From positions 41,636 to 105,635 of the forward strand of contig JBAZKM010000004.1 of the NCBI GenBank assembly GCA_041650805.1: 64,000 bases of DNA. Reading direction: 5' to 3'. Of this stretch, positions 19,718 to 28,842 are shown in pieces (position 1 is the first letter of the stretch; each line of letters opens with the position of its first letter). The translations under genes and the position numbers were made by a program. The notes under the pieces are model-generated. The model was not told the DNA's origin. It did not search any database and saw only the letters and a list, made by a program, of their open reading frames with translations. The stretch comes from Candidatus Omnitrophota bacterium (GTDB lineage: Bacteria > Omnitrophota > Gorgyraeia > 2-01-FULL-45-10).

Positions 19718-20171
19718 GAAACGTGCTCCATCCGACTAAAATTGCCTCTTGAATACATGTATCTATTTCAGCAAAGTCTTGGAAAACAGAATAGTCTAAA
19801 TCTGTTTTTAAAGATTGAGTCCTTCCTTTTAATCCCAAATCTTTTGCTATAGTGCAATTAACCTTTTTATAGACTTTAATTCCTTTAATTGCCGCTGCCA
19901 ATTGAATTATGGCCTCATTTTCTGTACGTATTACAAAGGGGCTACCTCTACTTGCCATACCCTCCGTTCCCTTTATCGCTATAGCATCTATTTTATTTTT
20001 TTCTAGAATATCTGTTATTTCTTGAGAAAACCATTTAAGTTCTTGAGGCCTTGTGTAATTCTTGGGAAAGAGTATTCGATTGTGTTGTAAGAGTTTTGGA
20101 GATTTTTTGCTACCATCCAATATAGCAAAACAATAATCTTTCGTGCTACATCTTATTCCCAAAATAATCAT
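19704..20171 (-). CDS. small RNase-H-like-fold protein (possibly DUF3010-like)
   Basis: MIILGIRCSTKDYCFAILDG N-terminus resembles RuvC/YqgF-type beta-strand-1. AT-rich codon usage. Overlaps the kinase start by 14 nt. Confidence 0.3.
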   Translation of the reverse strand: MIILGIRCSTKDYCFAILDGSKKSPKLLQHNRILFPKNYTRPQELKWFSQEITDILEKNKIDAIAIKGTEGMASRGSPFVIRTENEAIIQLAAAIKGIKVYKKVNCTIAKDLGLKGRTQSLKTDLDYSVFQDFAEIDTCIQEAILVGWSTFHDAR

Positions 20172-20283
20172 TATATTTAGCGCCTTATTGTGAAACTGCC
20201 ATTTTGATCACATATTTTTCGTACGGGCAAACATACTATAAAATATAAGGTACTAGTGTTTGTTTCGTAATAATAGATTATAA

Positions 20284-23151
20284 CTAGTAAATGATTTTAT
20301 AATTAAATTTCAGCCAATCACTAATTTCTTTATTAATAAGTGGCATAACATGATCGATTAATCCCAGCTTTCTTTTTAGCAAGTCGCTGAACTTTTTTGT
20401 TACGCTTCGCGGATCTCTATCTGTTGTTACAACTTTTAAAATAATTTCTAAATATTTTCGTCTCATACCAGGGTCTGGTAGTTCGAGTATTATCAGTTTC
20501 ATAAAATCGGTTAAAACATTAAGTTGTGAATCTAGGGTGGTTTCTTTGGATTGCAGTATGTCAATAAATGCGTTAAAATCATTGGACGCTTGAAAACTAT
20601 TTTTTTCTGCACAGTATAATAGCATCTGGGCTGAGATTGAAAGATAATAATACTTTAGGCCTGCTAATTTAATTACCGCATCATAATATTCAGATTCACT
20701 CAGTAGCTTTTTTTGTACAAGCATAGTTAGAAAATTTTGTATGCTAAAGCTGTCTATTTTATAATCATTAAATAATAATTCTTTGAATAAAAGATCATCA
20801 CAAAATAACGGCAGTCTCTTCTCTTTGCATGTTTGTATAGAATAAATGTAGGGTCTCCCCAAAAGCTGTTCTTTAGTTTCTAGGTCTTTTTCTAATAGCT
20901 TATCTAGGCCAATTATATTAAAAGTATTTGCTGCAGCATCTTTGATTTTTTGTAGAAAGTCTATTTTATTTTTGCTACCTTCTGCAGAAAAATTTTGCCT
21001 ATAGGCTTTCCCCTCATGATAAAAGACCGACATTCCTTCACTATCCCCAAATCCTGTTTCATCGGCTATGCTCATATCTATTTCATCTATTGTCGCTCTG
21101 GTGACATAAACCTTATCAAAGTATTTTGTCGGCAATGTTAACATGTCTAAATACGCTAAAGTAAATAAAGAGAGCGGATCCAATAACACCTCTTTAGATT
21201 TATTAATTAATTCCTGTTCTTTTATTTGTTCTACGGCGCTTCCAGAGGCACAAAATAATCTATTGCCCATTGCAATTAAACCAGCCCAGGCAGTAAATAA
21301 ACTAATATTCATAAATTTAGACAATGCGCCTATTGTTAACTTTTTAGATAAATACATTTGGGTTATCTGTGATGCGTATTCCGATTTCCTCTTTACCATT
21401 TCTAGTACTTTTTCAGGATTCGCTTCAATTTTCTGTATTGTTTTATTGCTGGGGAAATATGTATTAAAATTGTTTAGTATACTTTGGAATAATTTTACAT
21501 ATTTACTTTTTATTCCCAAAATTTCAACTACCTCATCTCGCCCGCCTTCTATCTTAATCGTTATTTTATCGCCAATTTTTTTTCCATAAATCGCTTTGCC
21601 TAAATTTGATTCTTTATAGATTTCTGCCCTAACTAATGATGCCCCAGGATCATCTAATAATAAAAACTCGCTTTCTTGACCATCTTTTCTTAATCTTATA
21701 TAAAAATCTTCTTTAACAAATTCTGATTCTAAAATAAGATCGCCTGTTTTCTTGCCTTTTTTGAGAAATAAAAATAAGTATAAAAGCTGTGTCTCAGCAT
21801 CGCTATCAGCAAGGGCTACTACCTTATACGCTTGCTTAATTGCTTCTTCTGTATAATTAGTCCGTGCCAAGAATTTTGTTAGTAAAAGAAGGGTGTCTTT
21901 ATCATTAATACGGTTTTTGATCTCTAAGAGTGATTTTATCTGATGTTCTTTATCGCTCCCCCCGATGTCGTTGACCATTGCTGTGTAATTAATCTTATGC
22001 CTGTAATTTTGTGGTTCTATTTTTACCAATCTTAAATATAGATCCCTAGCTTTATCTAATGAGCCTAATTGTTGGTAAATCGCTGCTTGTAATTCTAACA
22101 CGAATGGGATATCGCCTTGTTTAGCTATTAGATTTTTACATACTTCTAAACATTTTTGTATGTTTTCCGCTCTGTTTTCTTTTGATTCGTATAGACATAT
22201 TAAATAATCTTTTATAAAATCGTCAAATAAAGATTCTGAAACTATAACTTCATATAGCGGTATTGCAGCATCATATGAGCCGATCTTTTTATAATGTTTG
22301 GCCAAATGTATTATTGCAATATTTTTTTCTGGTCCTGTAGCAGTTTTCATCACTTCCGTTATTAGTGATTTAAAAGCCTCTGTTTCTCCTTTAGCCCTTT
22401 TTATCTCTGCATCTAATAGTAGTATTTTTGGGTCTTTACCAAATTTGCTATATAGTTGCTTTAAAATACTGCTTGCTTCATCATAATCTTTTTTTGATAC
22501 GTAGGTTTCTGCTAATAACAAATTGGGTACAATATTTAAACTGAGAAGCTCTTCTTTATAATATTGTTTAATTGCAGCAATTGCTTCCTCAGCTCTCGGC
22601 TCTGGTTGATCTACATACGATGATACTAGGGTTGGCATTATGTCATCTTTACTAGCGCCCCCATCTAAAGCTTTCTTAAAATCTACTATTGCTTCATCTT
22701 GGTTTTTAGTTAATACATTTATTTTTGCTTTATTTGCATATGCAAGAGGGTTTTTAGGATCAATTTCCAATACGGCATTTATGTCGTTAATAGCAAGATC
22801 AAACTTATCTAATATGGCTCTAACGCTAGATCTGTTTATGTAGGCATCTTCTAGTAGGGTCTTTTTATCAGTTGTTTTTAACAAATTGATGGCTTGTGTT
22901 AATAATCGTTCCGATTCTTCTAAGTCTTTTATATTTTCTGAGGATAGACCAAAGCGCCAAGCTCGGCCTTTCATAATAAATTGCAGTAAATGCGAGCCAT
23001 ATGTTAAATAAATTTCTGGTATGTCCTTCGCCGTCTCTAACGCTTTCTGGAAATATTCCTTTGCTTTTACAATTTCGTCTTTTTTTGCATAGGCAAGAGC
23101 AATATTTAGCAAAGCGTTTTTATCTTTTTTAAATCTATCTTTAATTTCCAT
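20284..23151 (-). CDS. large TPR-repeat protein (955 aa) with uncharacterised C-terminal half, low-GC
   Basis: More than 10 TPR-like repeats in the N-terminal about 480 aa. The C-terminal half has a possible PIN-like segment (VLLDPLSLFTLAYLDMLTL...VYVTRATIDEI). GC about 30%. Confidence 0.55.
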   Translation of the reverse strand: MEIKDRFKKDKNALLNIALAYAKKDEIVKAKEYFQKALETAKDIPEIYLTYGSHLLQFIMKGRAWRFGLSSENIKDLEESERLLTQAINLLKTTDKKTLLEDAYINRSSVRAILDKFDLAINDINAVLEIDPKNPLAYANKAKINVLTKNQDEAIVDFKKALDGGASKDDIMPTLVSSYVDQPEPRAEEAIAAIKQYYKEELLSLNIVPNLLLAETYVSKKDYDEASSILKQLYSKFGKDPKILLLDAEIKRAKGETEAFKSLITEVMKTATGPEKNIAIIHLAKHYKKIGSYDAAIPLYEVIVSESLFDDFIKDYLICLYESKENRAENIQKCLEVCKNLIAKQGDIPFVLELQAAIYQQLGSLDKARDLYLRLVKIEPQNYRHKINYTAMVNDIGGSDKEHQIKSLLEIKNRINDKDTLLLLTKFLARTNYTEEAIKQAYKVVALADSDAETQLLYLFLFLKKGKKTGDLILESEFVKEDFYIRLRKDGQESEFLLLDDPGASLVRAEIYKESNLGKAIYGKKIGDKITIKIEGGRDEVVEILGIKSKYVKLFQSILNNFNTYFPSNKTIQKIEANPEKVLEMVKRKSEYASQITQMYLSKKLTIGALSKFMNISLFTAWAGLIAMGNRLFCASGSAVEQIKEQELINKSKEVLLDPLSLFTLAYLDMLTLPTKYFDKVYVTRATIDEIDMSIADETGFGDSEGMSVFYHEGKAYRQNFSAEGSKNKIDFLQKIKDAAANTFNIIGLDKLLEKDLETKEQLLGRPYIYSIQTCKEKRLPLFCDDLLFKELLFNDYKIDSFSIQNFLTMLVQKKLLSESEYYDAVIKLAGLKYYYLSISAQMLLYCAEKNSFQASNDFNAFIDILQSKETTLDSQLNVLTDFMKLIILELPDPGMRRKYLEIILKVVTTDRDPRSVTKKFSDLLKRKLGLIDHVMPLINKEISDWLKFNYKIIY

Positions 23152-23154
23152 TTT

Positions 23155-24147
23155 CTAACCCTCTTTACGATATAACGTCATCGCTTCTTCTGTCTTATCA
23201 GCAGCCATTAGTAATTCGAATTTTATATTAATTGCTTCGTTATCATTTGGATCCATTATTATAGCTGCATCTATATATGGTAGACCATCCAAAGGCTTGT
23301 CCTCAAATAAACATGCCAATGCTCTATTCTTACAAGCAATAAGTGAGGGTGGAGATATAAAATCATATGCAATTTTAAACATTTTCGACGCTTCTGCTTC
23401 ATCTCCTAATACTACATAACATACGCCAAGATTATTATAAACCTTGAATTTTGCAATCATTGGTACTTTAAGGTCTTTTTTAAAATCATTTATTAATTTT
23501 TCGTATATTATTTTTGCGCTTTCATGCTTGGCGTTATCCATTAAAACTTTGGCGTTATCGATTTCGGTTTTATACTTACACCCCTCTAGCGAATCGATGT
23601 CACTAACTTTGGCAGGTAAAATATTGGATCGAGATGTGCTTATAGATTGTTCATAAGTTAATTCTGTCGATGGTTTCTTTTCGAGCGTTTTTGCTATATT
23701 AGTTCGAACCTCTATCATCATTTTGTTAGTAGCTTCCATTGTTTGAGAAACAGAAAGAGGCACATGCTCTGCTTTGGGTAATTCTTCCGTAAAAATTTCT
23801 ATAAACCTAGCGCTTATTAACCCTATGTCTCGTTGCTTAAGATTAGTGCATTCCCCACATTTTTCGTTCAAACCTTTAGATATAGCGTCTTGCGCTATTT
23901 GAGGATTTATCTTGTAGTTTTGACCGATTACGGCGATAAGCTCTTTATTATTACTAAGCGTTTCCCATAAAATGATATCAATTCGTCCACTTTTTAATTC
24001 ATTAGAAACTCTTCGTGCAGATATAATAACTGCTTTTAGTATAGGCTCTTTTCTGAACAAAGAGAGGAGCTTTTCAACGGCCTTTTCTCCAAAAACCGTT
24101 GTTATTAACTCTGCTCCCTTTATACATATCTGGAATAATATTTCCAT
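23155..24147 (-). CDS. hypothetical protein with C-terminal TPR repeats, low-GC
   Basis: 330 aa. 4-nt gap to the downstream TPR gene (likely operon). No recognised N-terminal domain. Confidence 0.45.
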   Translation of the reverse strand: MEILFQICIKGAELITTVFGEKAVEKLLSLFRKEPILKAVIISARRVSNELKSGRIDIILWETLSNNKELIAVIGQNYKINPQIAQDAISKGLNEKCGECTNLKQRDIGLISARFIEIFTEELPKAEHVPLSVSQTMEATNKMMIEVRTNIAKTLEKKPSTELTYEQSISTSRSNILPAKVSDIDSLEGCKYKTEIDNAKVLMDNAKHESAKIIYEKLINDFKKDLKVPMIAKFKVYNNLGVCYVVLGDEAEASKMFKIAYDFISPPSLIACKNRALACLFEDKPLDGLPYIDAAIIMDPNDNEAINIKFELLMAADKTEEAMTLYRKEG

Positions 24148-24170
24148 ATAGCAGATTAATCCTATAATAA

Positions 24171-24203
24171 AAAAGCGTTAGAATTAATTCTAACGCCTTA
24201 ACA
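24171..24203 (-). terminator. rho-independent terminator downstream of tRNA-Asp
   Basis: Minus strand GGCGTTAGAAT-T-AATTCTAACGC hairpin followed by TTTTTTAT. Confidence 0.45.
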
Positions 24204-24445
24204 TTCTTAATGTTATGTAATTGCTCTTGATCTCATAACCAACCCTTTGTTGTCTGATATTATAGCAGTATCGAGATATTACTACAAGGATTAGGTTAGA
24301 GCGACAGTTGGCTTCAGTAGAGTAGTTTGACTATTATACTTACGATGAGCGAGGCAAGACACTACGTTGTGACAGGATTGTGACATAAAAAAACTCGCCC
24401 TAAGTATAGAATTAGAGCGAGTCCGCCACTTACTCGACGATAAAC

Positions 24446-24522
24446 TGGCGGGGACGACGGGGATCGAACCCGCGACCTTCAGATCGACAATCTGACGTTC
24501 TAACCAGCTGAACTACGTCCCC
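24446..24522 (-). tRNA. tRNA-Asp (anticodon GTC)
   Basis: 77 nt. GGGGACGTAGTTCAGCTGGTTAGAACG...anticodon loop TTGTCGA...CGGGTTCGATCCCCGTCGTCCCCGCCA. Perfect 7-bp acceptor stem. Close to E. coli tRNA-Asp. Confidence 0.85.
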
Positions 24523-24663
24523 AACAAAAATCCCGATATGATAAAAGTGGTGTTATTTTAGCAATTCCGGCTTGTCTTGTCGAGACAAATTTTTAATCCC
24601 GATTTTGCGTTTAAGGACCGTTAATGTACCCCCCTGGGGGGGCCGGTCCGAAATTTTCCGGCC

Positions 24664-26340
24664 TTATTTCCGGCGGCTCTCTTTTTTGAAGGCTGCCGCG
24701 CCTTCGAAGATGAGAAAGGCCGACAGGGCGAGCAGGATAAAGATAGTGATGTCGTTTGCGCCGATACCGGGCCTGCCCGATGCCAGGCGCACCAATGTGG
24801 GTTTGACCAGCAGGATGAGCGCGGTTATCGAGGTCACAAGCATAAAGACCGTCGCAAGAAGGACATGGAAAAATTTCATCTTACTCTTGAAGAGCCACAG
24901 GCTGATGATCAGGAGCACAAACCCCGCCAGAAGCTGGTTACTGGCGCCGAAGACCGTCCAGAATACCTTCCATGCCGGGATGACGTTGCCGTCCGCGTCA
25001 ACGATCTTCTGCATCAGGAAGACGGCGGGCAAAAGAAGCGTGATGAAGCTCGCGATATACGGGCTGAAACGGTTGCGCATACCGGCCAGTTCTTCAAATA
25101 TGTAACGGCCGAGACGCGTCGCCACATCGAGCGTGTCATACACAAATGTTGCGAACGCAAGGAGCGCAAAATTGAGCGCGAAGGCGTGCGGTATGCCCAG
25201 GCGGTCCAGGAATGTCGCGATACCGCTCGCGTAGATCATGTTCGGATCTTTGAGCGCATTCGCCTGCGACGCCCCGAGAACCATAAGGGTCGAGAGGGCG
25301 ATGATAGCCACCGCGCTTTCCAGGAGCATCCCGCCATACCCGACAGGCGCAGCGTCGGTCTCCTTATGGAGCTGCCGCGAAGTGGTGCCGCTTGCCACCA
25401 GCGCATGAAACCCCGAACATGCGCCGCATGCGATCGTGATGAAGAGTATCGGGAAGAGAGGAAGGCCCGAGGGGTTCTGCCAGGATATGAACGCCGGGTA
25501 CTCGACATGCAGACCCCCGAAGAGCGATCCTATCGCTATACCGATGAAGCTGACAAAGACCGTCCCTGCCAGGAAGAACCCTCCCATATACCCGCGTGGC
25601 TGCAGGAGGAGCCATACCGGGATGACCGAAGCCATAAAGCAGTAACATAAAAGGAGTATATCCCATGTCTGACGCACTTCCATCCCCGGTATCGGCGGGA
25701 TATACAACGGGAAGAGATTCCCCGCATAAATACACCCCAGTATCAACGGCGCAAATATAGCGGTTGCGAGAGCCAGGTTCATCCTGAAACGCTTGACCGC
25801 TATGCCCATCGCCAGAGCAAGGCCGAGGTATAGCATTGAACTCGATGCCACCTTGCCGCCGTTCACCGGCTCAACGAACGTGTTCACCGTAATATCGGTA
25901 AAGACGGTTATTATGTACATGAGCGAAAACCACAGGAAGATGAGGAATACGATAAACGCCCGAGGCGGCATGTAATTCTTGACCACCTCAGCGATCGACC
26001 TTCCCTCGTGCCGTATCGAAGCTACGAGGGCGCCCATATCGTGTACGCCGCCGATAAGGATGCCGCCGATGATTATCCATAACACGGCAGGGCCCCAGCC
26101 GAACCATAGACCCGCCAGGATCGGGCCGACGATCGGGCCCGCCGCGGCGATGGCCGAAAGGTGCTGGCCCAGGAGATAGGTCTTATGGATCGGTTCGTAA
26201 TCCATGCCGTCGCGAAGCGTATGCGCGGGGGTCTTACACCTGTCGTCGAGGCAAAATGATCTCTTCAGGAAAAACCCGTAGATGAAATACCCCGCCGCTA
26301 ACGGCACGAATAAAAGTATGACGGTGAAGAAGAGGTTCAC
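24664..26340 (-). CDS. cstA: carbon starvation protein A (peptide/pyruvate transporter)
   Basis: 558 aa multi-pass protein. MDYEPIHKTYLLGQHLSAIAAAGPIVGPI N-terminal signature. Confidence 0.85.
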   Translation of the reverse strand: MNLFFTVILLFVPLAAGYFIYGFFLKRSFCLDDRCKTPAHTLRDGMDYEPIHKTYLLGQHLSAIAAAGPIVGPILAGLWFGWGPAVLWIIIGGILIGGVHDMGALVASIRHEGRSIAEVVKNYMPPRAFIVFLIFLWFSLMYIITVFTDITVNTFVEPVNGGKVASSSMLYLGLALAMGIAVKRFRMNLALATAIFAPLILGCIYAGNLFPLYIPPIPGMEVRQTWDILLLCYCFMASVIPVWLLLQPRGYMGGFFLAGTVFVSFIGIAIGSLFGGLHVEYPAFISWQNPSGLPLFPILFITIACGACSGFHALVASGTTSRQLHKETDAAPVGYGGMLLESAVAIIALSTLMVLGASQANALKDPNMIYASGIATFLDRLGIPHAFALNFALLAFATFVYDTLDVATRLGRYIFEELAGMRNRFSPYIASFITLLLPAVFLMQKIVDADGNVIPAWKVFWTVFGASNQLLAGFVLLIISLWLFKSKMKFFHVLLATVFMLVTSITALILLVKPTLVRLASGRPGIGANDITIFILLALSAFLIFEGAAAFKKESRRK

Positions 26341-26414
26341 AAATACCCTTTCTTTTAAGCATCCATTACATTACAACTCTTTTGAGGGGCCATCTTGTTG
26401 GAATCGGTGTGATA

Positions 26415-26436
26415 TGGCTGGCGGAACAGGGCTCGG
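26415..26436 (-). repeat. partial direct repeat of the tRNA-Val(TAC) 3' end (att-like remnant)
   Basis: TGGCTGGCGGAACAGGGCTCGG versus the tRNA 3' end TGGTGGGCGGAACAGGGCTCGA (20/22 matches). Confidence 0.5.
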
Positions 26437-26444
26437 TCCTCCGC

Positions 26445-26561
26445 ATAAACTAATCTCTCTTTTGTGGCCCGCCTTCGCAATCAACTGTCAAACGAATCGG
26501 TGCTTCGGCGGGCTCATCCGCCGAAGCCTTCTGTCGTCTGCCTGTTGTTGGCGAAGGCGGA
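26445..26561 (-). repeat. 117-nt conserved structured element immediately 3' of tRNA-Val (copy A)
   Basis: Near-identical to 55246-55362 apart from 2-3 substitutions in the first 20 nt and a few at the distal end. Outer stem CCGCCTTCG/CGAAGGCGG; inner hairpin GGCTTCGGCGG-ATGAGC-CCGCCGAAGC. Confidence 0.6.
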
Positions 26562-26637
26562 TGGTGGGCGGAACAGGGCTCGAACCTGTGACCTCTTGAA
26601 TGTAAGTCAAGCGTTCTACCAGCTGAACTATCCGCCC
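26562..26637 (-). tRNA. tRNA-Val (anticodon TAC)
   Basis: 76 nt. GGGCGGATAGTTCAGCTGGTAGAACGCTTGACTTACATTCAAGAGGTCACAGGTTCGAGCCCTGTTCCGCCCACCA. Confidence 0.85.
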
Positions 26638-26645
26638 GAAAAGGG

Positions 26646-27224
26646 TTATTTATGGTCCGGCCGCGAGCCGGGCTTCATTACGGGGATGCCCTTCCTGCAC
26701 ATAGGGCATGCCTTTTCGTCAAACGTCTCGACGCGTATCTTAGCAAGCGCCTCGAACCTGACGCCGAGATCCGCGCCGTTATCGCTCCTATCGATGATGG
26801 CGCCCGCGCCTGCTATCTTACCGCCGGAGCCCTTCACGACCTCCATGACCTCTCTGGTCGAGCCGCCGGTCGTCACCACGTCCTCTACTACCAGCGCACG
26901 CTCCCCCGGATTGACTGAAAACCCCCTGCGGAGGACCATCGCTTTGTCCTGCCTCTCGGCGAATATGCCGCGCACGCCTAGCGCGCGGGCGACTTCATAC
27001 CCCAGGGTGATTCCGCCGAGGGCGGGGCCGACCACAAGATCGACCTTATCTTTGGAAAACCTGGCCGCAAGTTCCTTCGCGAGCCTTTCGGCGACCTCCG
27101 GATGCTGCAGTATGAGGGCACACTGGAGATACTTCCCGCTGTGGAGCCCGCTCGAAAGACGGAAGTGTCCCTCCAGGAGGGCACCATACTTATCGAACAG
27201 CTTTAAAACGTCCTTTTCGGTCAT
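26646..27224 (-). CDS. pyrE: orotate phosphoribosyltransferase
   Basis: VVGPALGGITLG...VVEDVVTTGGS PRTase motifs. Confidence 0.85.
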   Translation of the reverse strand: MTEKDVLKLFDKYGALLEGHFRLSSGLHSGKYLQCALILQHPEVAERLAKELAARFSKDKVDLVVGPALGGITLGYEVARALGVRGIFAERQDKAMVLRRGFSVNPGERALVVEDVVTTGGSTREVMEVVKGSGGKIAGAGAIIDRSDNGADLGVRFEALAKIRVETFDEKACPMCRKGIPVMKPGSRPDHK

Positions 27225-27934
27225 ATCGTCATCTCTTCTATGATCTCTTTTGCCGCCCGGACAGGGTCGGCCGCCTCGGTGATCGGCCGGCCCACGACGA
27301 TGAAGTTCGCGCCGTTCCTTACCGCTTCCGCCGGGGTCGCTATCCTCTTCTGGTCGTTCTTTGCCGCCCAGGCGGGCCTGACGCCGGGCGTCACTATGAT
27401 AAAACCCTCTCCCGCGTTCTCCCTTATGAGTTTGGCTTCGGACGGAGAGGCGACGACACCGTCGGCCCCCGCATCTTTGGCGATCAACGCAAGCCGGACG
27501 ACTTCTTTCTGTATGGTATCATGTATGCCTACCTTCTTCAACCCATTTTCATCCATGCTCGTAAGGATCGTGACGGCAAGGACCCTCGGCCTCTCTATGC
27601 CGAGGCGCTGGGCCTCGAGCTTCACCGCGCCGCATGCCTCTTTCATCATGTCGTAGCCGCCCAGGGCATGCACATTTAAGATGAATACACCGAGCCGGGT
27701 CACAGACGCGGCGGCCCTGGCGACGGTATTCGGTATATCATGGAATTTCAGGTCGAGGAATATGTCCCGCTCCCGCTCCTTTATCGCCTCCAATATGCCC
27801 GGCCCGCATGACGAGAAGAGCTCAAGACCCACCTTGAACACCCTCACATCGTTCCTGAGCTTGTCTACCAGCGCAAGCGCCTTCTTTTCGCTGTCGACAT
27901 CGAGCGCAACTATAAGCCTATCGTTCGCCTTCAT
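27221..27934 (-). CDS. pyrF: orotidine 5'-phosphate decarboxylase
   Basis: LIVALDV...FLDLKFHDIPNTV signature. Confidence 0.85.
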   Translation of the reverse strand: MKANDRLIVALDVDSEKKALALVDKLRNDVRVFKVGLELFSSCGPGILEAIKERERDIFLDLKFHDIPNTVARAAASVTRLGVFILNVHALGGYDMMKEACGAVKLEAQRLGIERPRVLAVTILTSMDENGLKKVGIHDTIQKEVVRLALIAKDAGADGVVASPSEAKLIRENAGEGFIIVTPGVRPAWAAKNDQKRIATPAEAVRNGANFIVVGRPITEAADPVRAAKEIIEEMTI

Positions 27935-28842
27935 CCGGTCCTCAGCTTTCCGACAATGCCTTTTACATTCTCTATCCCGTGTTCTTTCATGTACTCTTCG
28001 ATACCTCTCGCTGTGGCTGCCGCTGCGCCCGGATCCACAAAATTGGCGGTACCCACCTGGATGGCCGCTGCGCCCGCGAGCATGAACTCGAGCGCATCTT
28101 TATGGTCCATGATCCCGCCCATCCCTATTACGGGGATGCGGACCTTATTATAAACGGTCCAGACCATGCGAAGCGCGAGCGGCTTTATCGCCGGGCCGCT
28201 CAAACCGCCCGTGACATTTCCCAGCACCGGTCTTTGTGCCTCTATATCAACGGCCATTCCCAGAAACGTGTTCACGAGGGAGACCGCGTCCGCGCCCGCT
28301 TCCTCGGCGGCCTTCGCTATCCTGGAGATATCGGTCACGTTGGGGGATAGTTTTGCTATGACGGTAAGGCCTGTCGCGCGCCGGACCGCCTTGACCGTCT
28401 CGTACGTACCTTTCTCGTCCTGGGCTATCAGACGGTCCTTACCGCCGTACCGTATATTCGGGCAGGAGAGGTTCAGTTCGAGCGCTGCGGCTTTAGTGCC
28501 GACGGCCTTTGCCAGCTCCTTGAACTCGTCTTCATCATCCCCCGCGATACTTGCTATCACCGGGGTCCCGAACTTTTTAAGGGACGGGAGCGTCTTCTTA
28601 AGGAATATATCTACACCTTTATTCTCGAGCCCGATCGAATTTAGCATACCGGAAGGCGTCTCTATGACACGGGGCGGCGGGTTGCCTATCCTGGGGCGCA
28701 GGGTGACCGTCTTGGCCACGATAGCGCCCAACGACCGGATGTCGGTCAGTTCTCCGTACCCGTCCCCGAACGTCCCCGACGCCGCCATGACGGGGTTCTT
28801 CAGTTTCAGCTTTCCTATCTTTACGCTCAGATCCGGCTTCAC
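27931..28842 (-). CDS. pyrD: dihydroorotate dehydrogenase, class 1B catalytic subunit
   Basis: NPVMAASGTFG...SIGLENKG...GGI motifs. Confidence 0.85.
   Translation of the reverse strand: MKPDLSVKIGKLKLKNPVMAASGTFGDGYGELTDIRSLGAIVAKTVTLRPRIGNPPPRVIETPSGMLNSIGLENKGVDIFLKKTLPSLKKFGTPVIASIAGDDEDEFKELAKAVGTKAAALELNLSCPNIRYGGKDRLIAQDEKGTYETVKAVRRATGLTVIAKLSPNVTDISRIAKAAEEAGADAVSLVNTFLGMAVDIEAQRPVLGNVTGGLSGPAIKPLALRMVWTVYNKVRIPVIGMGGIMDHKDALEFMLAGAAAIQVGTANFVDPGAAAATARGIEEYMKEHGIENVKGIVGKLRTG

Larger units (their letters stand above)
19450..24440. mobile_element. low-GC (about 30%) genomic island abutting the 3' end of tRNA-Asp
   Basis: Sharp compositional discontinuity versus the about 57% GC flanks. 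Four co-oriented genes with AT-rich codon usage; the right edge sits at the tRNA-Asp 3' end. No integrase seen. Confidence 0.5.

Noticed and set aside
19450-24440. Integrase or transposase associated with the low-GC island or with the tRNA-Val elements
   Set aside because: No ORF in or near these regions has recombinase-like motifs (no R..H..R..Y tyrosine-recombinase pattern, no DDE). The island is therefore called an island remnant, not an active mobile element.
24590-24640. Hairpins in the tRNA-Asp/cstA spacer (TTGTCTTGTCGAGACAA; CCCCCCTGGGGGGG palindrome)
   Set aside because: They are probably the cstA intrinsic terminator region. It is not clear which strand is functional, and there are no repeat copies elsewhere in the window.
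24865-25650. 261-aa plus-strand ORF antisense to cstA
   Set aside because: It is antisense within a conserved 558-aa transporter gene, with an Arg/Glu/Asp-rich low-complexity translation.
26282-26599. ORFs 26282-26599 (+) and 55163-55387 (-), encoding ...RCFGGLIRRSLLSSACC...
   Set aside because: They are the same repeat read through in both copies and they overlap tRNA-Val genes. They are artefacts of the tRNA-associated 117-nt element, not genes.
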